64,000 nt of DNA from Anaeramoeba ignava BMAN. Lineage: Eukaryota > Protista > Anaeramoebae. A program made the position numbers and the translations under genes. This document shows, piece by piece, positions 11,885-30,964 of the stretch; the stretch's first letter is position 1; the number at the start of each line of letters is the position of its first letter. Below the pieces are notes generated by a model. The model saw nothing but the letters and a program-made list of their open reading frames with translations. It searched no databases and had not been told where the DNA came from. Where the stretch lies: NCBI GenBank assembly GCA_028826165.1, contig JAPDFW010000070.1, positions 1,587,859 through 1,651,858 on the forward strand, written 5' to 3'.

Positions 11885-13474
11885 TCAATTTTCCCATTCT
11901 TCTCTTCTCATAACAAAAGGTAATTTTCTTGAAATAGAACCAATAGGTTGAGGAACAGGTTCATGAGCTCCAAGTTGAAAATCCATTTTTACAATAGGAA
12001 CAGAATCAACAGGAAGTCCATATTTATTTGATTTCTTAGGAATCAGCCATCTGACATAACACAAATTCATTGGAGAAGATTTCGCATAAATAATTGTTTT
12101 TATAACTGCAAATATTTCAATGGTTCTTGATATTTTCATAGCAACACAATCACCAGCTGAAACTTGAGGAAAAGCAAAAATATTTTGAAAATTTGGGACT
12201 AAATTCATATTTCCTTGATTTCTTGCCATAGATTGATACTGAGGCATTTGACTCATCAAGAAATTATTCATTGATGTGGTTGCATTTGGTTGCATTTGGT
12301 TTTGTGCCATTTGTTGAAGATATAAAAATGGCATCGGATACATAAATGGTAATCTTTGTTGTTGTTGTTGTTGATTTGTTGATTTGAAATTTCCTCCAAT
12401 AATATTATTAGTTCCAAACAAAGCATTATTTGGATTATTTAAAATATTCAATGTGTTTTGTGGTTTTCTTTGATTCATCATGTTAATATAGTTTATATTG
12501 TTGGTATTTGTATTTTGTGTTAATGTATTTAAATTATTTGGTTGTTTTGTTTTTTTTCGTTTTTCTTCAAAATTTTGAGATGTTTGGATTGGATTATTTT
12601 GTATTGATTGCATTTCATTTACATTTCTTTTTGAATGTAATGCTTCATTTTGGATTTTATTTTGCATCATTTGATTTTGAATTTGATTTCTAATTTGATT
12701 TCTAATTTGATTTCTAATTTGATTTTGATTTTTATTTTGATTTTTATTTTGATTTTTATTTTGATTTTTATTTTGATTTTTATTTTGAATTTTATTTTGA
12801 ATTTGATTTTGATTTTGAATTTCTAATGACTGAAGTTTTTTAATTGTTTGTCCGATATTTTCAACCAAAAAACTCAATTTTAAAGGAAAATAAAATTGTT
12901 GTTTAATTTGGAATTTTGAATTAATTTTAGATCTCAAATCTGGAAAGGAATCTGAATCTGAATCTAATTCTGATTCTGATTCTGATTCTGATTTTGATTT
13001 TGATTTTGATTTTGATTTTGATTCTGAATTTGATTTTGAATTTGATTCTGAATCTGAATCTGAATTTGATTCTGATTCTGAATCTGAATTTGAATTTGAA
13101 TTTGAATTTGAATTTGAATTTGATTCTGAATTTGAATTTGATTCTGAATTTAAATTTGAATTTGAATTTGAATTTGATTTTGATTTTGATTTTGATTTTG
13201 ATTTTGATTTTGAAGATGAAGTTAATTTTTTTCTTTTATTTCGATTTTTATTTCGATTTTTATTTTTGTTTTTATTTTTTTTTTGATTTTTGTTTTTATT
13301 TCTATTTTGATTTCTAATTTGTTTTTCTGGTATGAATACTCTTTCTTTTCCATATGTTTTTAAATATACTGCACATCTATGACAATAAATTCGTTCGTTA
13401 ATTTTTCTCCATGTTTCTGTTTGTTTAGTTAAACAATTTGGATTTGAACATTTATATTTAATTCGTTTTTGCAT
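11885..13474 (-). CDS. GATAD1-like protein: N-terminal GATA-type zinc finger plus C-terminal BAH-like domain
   Basis: CSNPNC-x16-CHRC finger with the conserved W (TETWRK). C-terminus GDCVAM..FAVIKTII..VRWLIP..FQLGAHEPVP resembles the GATAD1 C-terminal domain. Start taken at ATG 13474 (MQKRIK). Confidence 0.7.
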   Translation of the reverse strand: MQKRIKYKCSNPNCLTKQTETWRKINERIYCHRCAVYLKTYGKERVFIPEKQIRNQNRNKNKNQKKNKNKNKNRNKNRNKRKKLTSSSKSKSKSKSKSKSNSNSNSNLNSESNSNSESNSNSNSNSNSNSDSESESNSDSDSESNSKSNSESKSKSKSKSKSESESESELDSDSDSFPDLRSKINSKFQIKQQFYFPLKLSFLVENIGQTIKKLQSLEIQNQNQIQNKIQNKNQNKNQNKNQNKNQNKNQNQIRNQIRNQIRNQIQNQMMQNKIQNEALHSKRNVNEMQSIQNNPIQTSQNFEEKRKKTKQPNNLNTLTQNTNTNNINYINMMNQRKPQNTLNILNNPNNALFGTNNIIGGNFKSTNQQQQQQRLPFMYPMPFLYLQQMAQNQMQPNATTSMNNFLMSQMPQYQSMARNQGNMNLVPNFQNIFAFPQVSAGDCVAMKISRTIEIFAVIKTIIYAKSSPMNLCYVRWLIPKKSNKYGLPVDSVPIVKMDFQLGAHEPVPQPIGSISRKLPFVMRREEWEN

Positions 13475-13699
13475 AATTTTAAAAAAATGAAAAATGAAAA
13501 AATGAAAAAATAAAAAAATTTTTTTTTTCTTCTTTTTTTTAAAAATTAAAAAAAATTGTTTATAAAATAAAAAATCGAAAAAATAAAAAATTGGAAAAAT
13601 TCCAAAAAGAAGAAAAGATCTATTATTTAATCTAAAATCTAAAATCAAAAAATAAAAATAATCAAAAAATAAAAATAATCAAAAAATTTTTTTCTTTTT

Positions 13700-16600
13700 T
13701 TAAATTTGAATTAAAAATAAAAATAAACTTGTAATTGAATAAAATGTTAAATTGGATACTTCGTAAATAATTTTAGGTGAAAAAACAGTCCAAATAAATA
13801 AATGATTTTGTAAAATAAAGATGAATATAAAAAAAAGCATTAAAGTAAGTGAACTTATTTCTGATAGAAAAAAAGGGAAAATAGAATAATTTCCCAATTG
13901 ATTTTCTAAATGATTTTCTAAATGATTTTCTAAATGATTTTGATTTTGATTTTGATTTTGATTTTGATTTTGATTTTGATTTTGATTTTGATTTTGATTT
14001 TGATTTTGATTTTGATTTTGATTTTCATTTTTTAAATGATTTTGATTTTGAATTTGATTTTGATTTTGATTTTGATTTTGATTTTGATTTTGATTTTGAT
14101 TTTGATTTTGATTTTGATTTTGATTTTGATTTTGAATTTGAATTTGATTTTCATTTTTTAAATGATTTTGATTTTCATTTTTTAAATCATTTTGATTTTC
14201 ATTTTTTAAATGAATTTGATTTTCATTTTTTAAATAATTTTGATTTTCATTTTTTAAATGAATTTGATTTTCATTTTTTAAATCATTTTCTAATTTTAAA
14301 TAATTTTGATTTAATTTCGAAATTAAAATCATCATTGAAATAGAAAAACAAAAAAATATTGGTCCAGAAAAAGTTATTAAAAATGTTAAAAATCCAACAA
14401 TTATCTGATTATATTTAATCAATCCTGTATAAGCTCCATTTATATCCAAACTAGATAATGAATTTGTATTTCCAAAAGCAAAAAAAGCAAGTCGAGAAAG
14501 ATAATAAAATATGATCATAATTTCCTTATAATTTTGTTTTGATTGATTTGTTTTTTTATGGAAAAGAATTAATACTTCTTGTTGTAAATAAAATAACACA
14601 AAAAGAAATGAATTTTGAGGTTTATGTATTAGAATCAATAAAATCACTAAAATAGACTGAATATTTTGAATCAAATTCACTTTGATTTTGAGTGTTAAAT
14701 TTGGATCGAAAAATTTTGAATAATAAACCAAATATATATAAATTCCAACAAAAATTATCATGAAAAGAATAACAGTTAAATAATTGAACCAAATTGAAAA
14801 AAATTGAATTTGATAAATTTTTTGGTTTGATGATTGATTATGAAAATTTGCAATGAAAAACTGAATAATTGAGAAAAAAGAACTAATAACAAGTAATAAA
14901 ATAAAGCTTATATAAATTTTTTGCTGTGAAAATTTGCTTTTTTGTTGTTTTAGCAAGTTAAAAAATTGAGTTAATCCTTTTAAATTGATGATCATAACAA
15001 ACAAAATTGTGGAAATATTCAATACAATCAAAGCAAAACTCGAAAGTTTAGACGATGAATATTCAGAAAGCCATTTAGAAATATCTGGATCATTAAGCCA
15101 TTTATCACCTGATTTATTCCATATTCGAAAAACACGAACAAAAATTAAAGGGATAATTGGAAGAAATGAAATGAAATTAAAATTGAAATTATTTTGGAAT
15201 AGATTCTTCAAGAAAAAAATAAGAATTAAAGTTGTTGAAATGTAATAAAATGTTTGGTGTTCTTCTTCTACAAAACTACTTGAACTAAGTGAACAAATGT
15301 GGAACAATTCAAAGAAAAAAATGAATACTTCCATTTTAAGTGAATTGGCAATTTTTTTAATTTCTTGCTTTTTTTCGTTTTTGATAAAATGGATCAAAGG
15401 AGATATTAAATTACTCATTGTTTTTACTAAATAGGCAATAAAAATCCAGTACAAAATACCATATTTCCCAGAATCAACACATAAAAATGAATCAAAAAAC
15501 ACTCTGCAAATTAAGTATTTTTGTGCCAAAACAAGTGAAGATGTGAATAAAAAGAACTTCAAATTAAATCCTTTTGTTGCTTGAATAATAATTTCGAATT
15601 TTGGATCAACTAAAAAATTCATCATTGTGAAAAATATATTGAAAATGATTAAAAAGAGCAATAAAATTGAAGAAAGCATCGAATAAGAATCTGATTGAGT
15701 AGAATTTTGAGTGAGAGTGTCTTGGAGAATATCCAAAGCTTCGAGATATAAATTTTCTGCATTTTGATATGATGCTGAAATATTTTTGGGAAATAAATGT
15801 TCATTTTGAGCTTGTTTAAAAATATTGTTAATGTGGTTCATTTTCTTAGAATCGATTGATTGAAAATTTATGTTCATTTTTTCTGCCAAATTAAGTAATT
15901 GTTGAGTATTTTTTCTCAAAAAATCCAATCTAATTTTTGGTGGATAAATTTTAAAGACTGGCAATATTAATTTTCCCATATTTTTTTCAGGAATTCCCAA
16001 ATCAAACATTAAAGATAAAGTGGGGGAAATATCAAGTTGAGAAATTGATTGTGCTGGAGAAGAAACACCATTTCCATTTGCAAAAATTGATGGACTTAGA
16101 AAAGAAGCAATTGTTGATGTTTCTTGGGCAGAATTTCCGCCATGATTCCCCATATCATTCATTCCATGATCTGAAACAATAAGAATCAATGTATTTTCAT
16201 CATAAATATTTTGAGAATTTTGAGAAGAATTTTTGAGAAATGATGTGTAAATTTTTTGGATGATTTGATCCATTTCTTGTTGTTTTTTTTTCAGTAAATT
16301 TGAGTTTGCTCCTGAAATATGTCCTGCATGATCCAATCCGAGATAGTGAAGAATCATTATATCCCAGGTATTTTTATTTTTTAATTCCTCATCAAGATGT
16401 CTTGTTACATTCCAATCCACTTCAGTTGTATCTTGAACAAAAAAACTTGAGACATCATCTTTTCTTGTGAAATAATTTGGAAATAATTTAATCCAAGTAT
16501 CATCTCCATAAAAAATGATTTTTTTATTTTTTTCATAGAAATTTTTGATTATGTTATCCTCCAAAAACTCTACAGCTTGAAAATTATGAACGATATCTAA

Positions 16601-17261
16601 AAAATTTGGTATTATTCCTGCTGTTATTGATTTTATTCTTGGGAGTGTAACTGTTGGTGATTCGCATTTGGCTTTCATTGTGATTGATGAATTTGAATTA
16701 ATTAAAGAAGACCAAAAAGGCATTAATAAAGATCTTTTTGGATCAAGAATGAAATTTGAACGAAAAGCGTCAATAAGGATTATAATTAATTTATCAAAAA
16801 TTTGATTTTGATTTTTTAATTGATTTTGATTTTGATTTTGAAATTGATTTTCAAATTGATTTTGATTTTGATTTTTATTTTGAAATTGATTTTGATTTTC
16901 TAATTGATTTTCAAATTTATTTTCTAATTGATTTTCTAATTTATTTTCTAATTTATTTTCTAATTGATTTTCTAATTGATTTTCTAATTTATTTTCTAAT
17001 TTATTTTCTGAATTGATTTTCTTGATAATTTTTATCCAAAAACTGATTTTCTAATTTATTTTGAAAAAATTTAGTAAAAAATTGATTTTGAAAACCAATA
17101 AAAATTATTTGATTTTCTAATTGATCAAAAATTTTATTTTCTAATTGGTTTTGATTTTGATTTTGATTTTCAAATTGAAAAAAGAAAAATCCAAAAAAAA
17201 AAATAAAAGAGGAAAAAGGAAAAAATTGAAAAATTATTTGATTTCTTCTAAACCAATTCAT
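13700..17261 (-). CDS. PIGG: GPI ethanolamine phosphate transferase 2 (PIG-G/GPI7); frame break in the repeat at ~16800-17000
   Basis: ILIDAFR (just upstream of the ORF-track start), PTVTLPRIKSI, YGDDTW, LHYLGLDHAGH, SDHGM..GNHGG, SSSFVEEEHQ and HLFIWTVFSPK; N-terminal TM segment lies in ORF 17001-17261. Confidence 0.9.
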
Positions 17262-17339
17262 TTAAAAATTTTAAAAACAGAAAAATGAAAAATGAAAATT
17301 AAAAGAAATTTAAAAGAAAATTGAATTGAAAAAAGAAAT

Positions 17340-19182
17340 TTATTTTTTCTCATAAATCCATTTATCTAAATCAGCTGTTTGATTAACAATTTCATTATTT
17401 TTAAACCAAATTGAAATTTCCTTTTCAGCAGATTCTTTTGTTAAACTTCCATGAATTAAATTTCGAGCTAAATTTTAATAATTATAATTTTAATTTTAAT
17501 AATTTTAATAATTTTAATTTTAAAAATTTTAATTTTAAAAAAACAAACCAATATTAATTCCAAAATCTCCTCTAATTGTTCCTGGTTTACTTTTTAATGG
17601 ATCAGGATCTCCAATTAATTTTAAAGCTGATTCAACAACATTTTTACCTTCCCAAATCATAGCAACAATAAAACTAGAACATAAATAATCAACTAAATTT
17701 TTATATTCTGGTTTTGATTGATCTAATAAATCCATTTCGAAAATTATTTATAAATCCATTATTAAAATTATTATTAAAATTATTAATAAAATTATTATTA
17801 AAATTATTTATAAAATTATTATTTAAATTATTATAATTTATTTATAAATTTATTATTAAAATTATTTATAAAATTATTATTAAAATTATTATTAAAACTA
17901 TAAAATTATTATTAAAATTATTATTTAAATTATTATTAAATTTATTATTAAAATTGTTATTAAAATTATTATTTAAATTATTATTTAAATTATTATTAAA
18001 TTATTATTAAAATTATTAAATTTATTATTAAAATTATTATTAAAATTATTATTAAAAATTATTAAAAATTATTAAAATTATTATTAAAATTATTATTTAA
18101 ATTATTATTAAAATTATTATTAATTTATTTATAAATTTATTATTAAAATTATTATTTATTAAAATTATTATTAAAATTATTATTAAAATTATTATTAAAA
18201 TTATTATTAAATTATTATTAAAATTATTATTTAAATTATTATTTAAATTATTTATAAAATTATTATTAAAATTATTATTATATTTATTATTAAAATTCAT
18301 TATTAAATTTATTATTTAAAAATCATTATTAAAATTATTATTAAAATTATTATTAAAATTATTATTAAAATTATTATTAAAATTATTATTAAATTTATTA
18401 TTAAATTTATTATTAAAATTATTATTAAAATTATTATTAAATTTATTATTAAATTTATTATTATAATTATTATTAATTTATTATTAAAATTATTATTAAA
18501 ATTATTATTAAGATTATTATTAAAATTATTATTAAATTTATTAAAATTATTTATTAAAATTATTATTAAAATTATTATTAAAATTATTATTAAAATTATT
18601 ATTAAAATTATTATTAAAATTATTATTAAAATTATTATTAAAATTATTATTAAAATTATTATTAAAATTATTATTAAAATTATTATTAAAATTATTATTA
18701 AATTAATTTGCCAAGTGATCTATTTTTAGTTTACATTCTAAATAATGTTTTTCTGCTTGTTGTTTTGTTGGTTTTATTAATTTAATGGCTAAAAAAGAAA
18801 AGAAAAGAAAAGAAAAGAAAAGAATTAAAATTTTGATAATTCTTTTAACAAACTTTAAAAAAAAATTTTACAAATTAATTTAAATCCTTTTGCTTCAAAT
18901 CTTGATATTATTGCTCCAATTTTTTTAATTTGAATTCCTTCTGGTTTAATAGCAATAAAAGTTCTTTCATTTACTATAATTTTAATTTATTGATAATTTT
19001 ATTTATAAATTGAAAATTAAAATAAATTGATTTTCATTTAAATTTTTACTTGAATTTTTTTCTTCTTTTTTTTCTTCTTCTTTTTCTTCTTTTTGTTCTT
19101 CTTTTTCTTTATGAATAACATAAGCACTAACACTAACACAAGCAATTAAAGTTGAAAGAAAAACAAATTTTTTAGAATTCAT
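17340..19182 (-). CDS. NDK: Nucleoside diphosphate kinase-like protein with N-terminal hydrophobic extension; 5 exons; divergent active site
   Basis: Spliced product contains [47 protein letters not shown] and [18 protein letters not shown]. Confidence 0.88.
17723..18734 (-). repeat. Intron filled with 12-mer satellite (plus strand TTATTATTAAAA)n
   Basis: Tandem 12-mers inside the NDK intron. Confidence 0.9.
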
Positions 19183-19436
19183 TTTATTTTTCTAATTAAA
19201 AAAAATGAAAATTAAAAAAACCAAAAAAAAATTTTTTTTAAATTAAAAAAAGGAGAAAAAAAAATAATTAAAAAATTTTTTCTCTTTTTAATTTTTAATT
19301 TTATTTTTATTTTTTTCATTTTTTTTTTGGTTGGTTTTTTTCTCTTTTATAATTCTTTATTATTTCTATTATTTTTTTTTTATATTTTTTTTTCCTTTTA
19401 GCTTGTTAAAGTTTTTGTGTTTTTTTTTTTGTTAAT

Positions 19437-23780
<4,344 letters not shown>

Positions 23781-23989
23781 ACATTATTATATTTTTTTTT
23801 TCTCTCTCTTTTATTTTTCTCAATTTTTTTTTACTTTCTATTTCTTTCTTTCTTTCTTTCTTTCTATTTGAATTTCATTTCAAAAAATTTGGTTTCTTTA
23901 ATTTTGAAAAAACAAAATCAGTTTATTTTTCCTTAAATTTATTTTTCTTTTTTTTTTTGCTTTTTTTTTGGAATTGTTTTTTGTTTTTT

Positions 23990-25863
23990 TTAATTAGCAA
24001 ATTTTTCTGCAATTTCAAGTGAAATTTCTTTTGCTAATCCAATATAAGTTTCTGGAATAAGTAATTCTTTAATTTGTTCTTCTGAAAAAATTTGTTTAAT
24101 TGTTTCATCTTCTCTTAAAGCTTTTTCAAAATCTTTTTCAAAACTTAAAACTCTTAAAAGCTAAAAAAATAAAAATTAAATAAAATTAAAATTTAATAAA
24201 ATAAAAAAAATCGGATAAAAATTATTTTTACTTCATGTGCTTTTTGTCTTCCAATTTTTGAAGTTAATTCAATCATTAATCTTTCAGCAAGTTGTTTTCC
24301 TTTTTAAAATTAAATTAAATTAAAAAATTAAAAAAAAAGGAAAAGTTTTTCTTAAATTTTTTCTTTACCTTTTAAAAAATGAAGATTTCTTTCAATAGAT
24401 TCTTTATTAACATAAAGTTTAGAAAGAATTTGAGTTAAAGAAAGTAATTGGAAATGATATAAAATAACAGAAGTTGAAACAGATACTCTTTCAACAACTG
24501 AATTAGTTAAATCCCTTTCATGTTCTAAAGCAATAGTTTCAATTAAAGGATTAAGTTGAGCATGAACCAATCTAGTAATTCCACAAATTCTTTCAGATTT
24601 ATGAGGATTCTAATTAAAAAAAAAATAAATAAAATAAATTAGGGAAAAATGAGAACAATTTTTTTGAACTAGCAAAAAAATTTTTTTACTCTTTTTTGAG
24701 GCATTGTTGAACTTCCAACTTGTTTTGGAATAAATTCTTCAGAAAATTCATCAATTTCAATTCTTTGTAAATTTCTAATTTCTTTTGCAATTCTTTCAAG
24801 AACACAAGAACCAGTTGTTAAAGAAAAAACAAAATCAACAAGATGAAGACGAGTAAGAACTTGAGTTGAAATTGGGGCTGGTTCAAGTCCTAAAAACAAA
24901 TTCAAAAACTTAATATTTTTTTTTAAAAAAAAAATAGAACAAACCAAGTTCTTTAAGAGCTATTGTTTGAACATCTTTTGTTCCTAAAGCTGCGAATGTA
25001 CCAATTGCTCCTCCCAATTTAGCTTAATTTTTTAATTTAATTTTTTAATTTAATTTTTTAATTTAATTTTTTAATTTAATTTTTCAATATAATTTTTCAA
25101 TATAAAATACCAATATTAATTGTTGTTCTTTTAAGATGATTTTCTGCAACACTAATTTCATATAAAAAATTAGCAAATTTAAAACCAACTGTAAGAGGAA
25201 TTGCATGCTAAATTTTAAATTGAATTTTTTAATTCAAATTTTTAATTCAAATTTTTTAATTCAAATTTTAATTCAAATTTTTAATTCAAATTTTTAAATC
25301 GGAATTCTATAAATGTTTACTTGACCATGAGTTCTTCCAATTTGAACAACATCTTGATTTTCTAAAATTAAATTTTTTAAAGTTTTTTTTAAATCTAAAA
25401 TTGATTGTAAAAGAATGTTTTTAGCTTGAACTAATTGCAAAGCTTGAACAGTATCATTAATATCCTGACTAGTGCATCCAAAATGAACATACTCTCCATA
25501 TTTCTCTGATCTTTCTGCAATTGCTTTAACCATTGCCATTATATCTTTTGAGAAAAAAAAAGCAAAAAATTTTTCGATTTTAAAAAAAAAAAAGCAAAAA
25601 TTATTTTTTAAATTAATTTCCGTTTTTTTGTTTTTTTAATTTTTACCGTGATGAATTTCTGATTCAATTTCTTTTACTCTTTCTAATAAAATTGGTTCTT
25701 TTTCAATTAATTCTTTCATAACTGAATATGTTTCTTTTGGAATTTTTCCAATTTCTCCTAATGCTTTTAAAATTGTTAATTCAACTTCAATTTGTAATTT
25801 TAATTTGTTTTCTGCTGAAAAAATTTCACTAATTGGTGTTTCATATCTTGAAATCCAATCCAT
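23990..25863 (-). CDS. purB: Adenylosuccinate lyase (archaeal-type); 8 exons
   Basis: HHDIMA, YVHFGCTSQDI.DT, GRTHGQHA, GGAIGT, QVGSSTMPQKRNP..SE, HERDLTNS, GRQKAHE and PETYIG. Confidence 0.95.
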
Positions 25864-25963
25864 TTTTTTTTATTAAATTTTATTTTTTAAAAAATTTGAA
25901 AAGAAAAAAATGAAAAAATGAAAAAATTTTTGGAAATTAAAATTTGGATTTGGATTTGAACTT

Positions 25964-27429
25964 TCACATGAAAAAACATTTTTTTTCAGAATTTCCAAAT
26001 TCATAAGTGTGAGTAAATGATTGATTCACAAGAAGTTCTGTATCAACATTAATTTTGTTTAACATCAAACACATTATTGGACATCTCAAAATACAATCTT
26101 CAGTTATTTCTCTTGCAACATCAACAGTTTGATCAGTTCCAACATCAAAATGAAAAGACAAATGAGGAATAACCTCATTTTGATTAAGTCCAAATTCAGC
26201 ATTAATATTTTCATCAAGTTGTGATTCAATAGAAAGATGTTCTAATTGAAACCCTCTTAAAGAAGAAGCATAAGCATAATGGGTTAATAAACAGCAACTG
26301 ATTCCGGCAAGAAAATATTGAACAGGAAAAGGATAACTTGATTCACCTCCAAGTAAAATTCTTGAATCAGTAAAAAATTTGTGAGTTTTGCCATTTCCAT
26401 AAGTAATTAATGCTGAAAATTGTGGACCTTCGTTTTTATCACAAATCCATTCTCCTTCAATAATACATGGAACTATTGATTCATTTGGGTTTCTTTTTAA
26501 ATAATCTCTTGATTCCAATACTTGATCCATATTGATGTTATTGATTTTTTTCGTATTTGTTTCCTTTTTGGGTGTTCTTGTTTGAACAGTTGTTTTTGTT
26601 GTAACTGAAATTGAATTTTCTGCCATAAAAGTAATTGGACATCTTTTTTTGGTTAGTTCAAAAATTTCTTCTAATTCTTCTTTTGAATTATGATCGGAAA
26701 AAACTGAAAGGATAATTGAAAAAGAGTTGATAGGCTTTTTGGACATATCAACTCCAGTAACTTTGAGAAATTCAAATTCAAGTGTTGATCTAATTTTTAG
26801 TTTCTTAATTAAGATCCCTTTTAAACTACATAAAGTTGCAAATGTTCTTTTTATTTATTTTTTTTAAGAAAAATTTAAATTTTAAATTTAGAAAAGAATA
26901 GAAAAATAATTTAAAAAATAATTTTACGAAGTAAACATTGCAGCAAATCTAAATATTAAAAAGAAAAAAAAAAAGGAGAACAAATTAGAAAAAAAAAAAT
27001 TTTATTTTTTTCTTTTTTTTTATTTTACGAAAAATTGCAAATATCTAAAGGATTTGGTGCATTTCCTTTTCCTCCAGTCATTTTTGAATTATCAACAAAA
27101 AGATCTTGAGATCCTTTTTCAAAAAAAAGCTCTAAAAAAAAGAAGAAAAAAAAAAAAGCAAAAAATTTAAAATTGAAAAGAAAAATTTTTTTTTTGTAAT
27201 TGAAAAAAATTTTTTAAATTAAAAATTCTTTCAGTTTTAAAAATATAATAAAAATTGAAAAGATTTTTTTGAATTTGATAAATTTACTTGCATTAAATTG
27301 TCTCTTTCCTTTTGTTAACCAATCAAAACTAAGATTGACTTGTTTAATAGAATCATTTTCATTTTGTTTAACTTCTTCAATAGCTTTATTTAATTCTTTT
27401 AAATTAATATGATTTAAAATTGAAACCAT
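25964..27429 (-). CDS. Tandem (two-domain) OsmC/Ohr-like protein with C-terminal CaaX (CFFM), copy 1; 4 exons including a 21-nt microexon at 26928-26948
   Basis: Domain 1: D..MTGGKGNAPNPLD..SFAAM..KRCPI. Domain 2: D..LGGESSYPFPVQYFLAGISCC..LRCPI. Ends KKCFFM*. Confidence 0.82.
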
Positions 27430-27606
27430 TTTTTATTTTTTGAAAGGAAAAAATGAAAAATAAAAAATAAAAAGTAAAAATTAATAAAATTTTTATTAGT
27501 TGGTTTTTTTTTCAAATACAAATTTAATTTACGAAAAACCCCCTTTAGATCTTTTCTCCCATTTTCTCTCTTTTAAAAAAAAAATTTATTTTTTATATTA
27601 TTAATA

Positions 27607-30872
<3,266 letters not shown>

Positions 30873-30964
30873 TTTAATTTAATTATTAAAAAATGAAAAA
30901 AAAAAATGAAAAAAAAAAATGAAAATTTTTAAATTTCATTTTTTTATTTCATTTTAAAAATAAA

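Noticed and set aside
13475-13648. N-terminal extensions in the ORF track from TTG starts (also 53419-53526 and 55882-55908)
   Set aside because: These are A/T-run promoter sequence; the downstream ATGs match the paralogues and the initiator-like motif.
19215-19340. TTGGTT/AACCAA motif in some promoters (also ~27500 and ~53308)
   Set aside because: Too few and too short to distinguish from chance.
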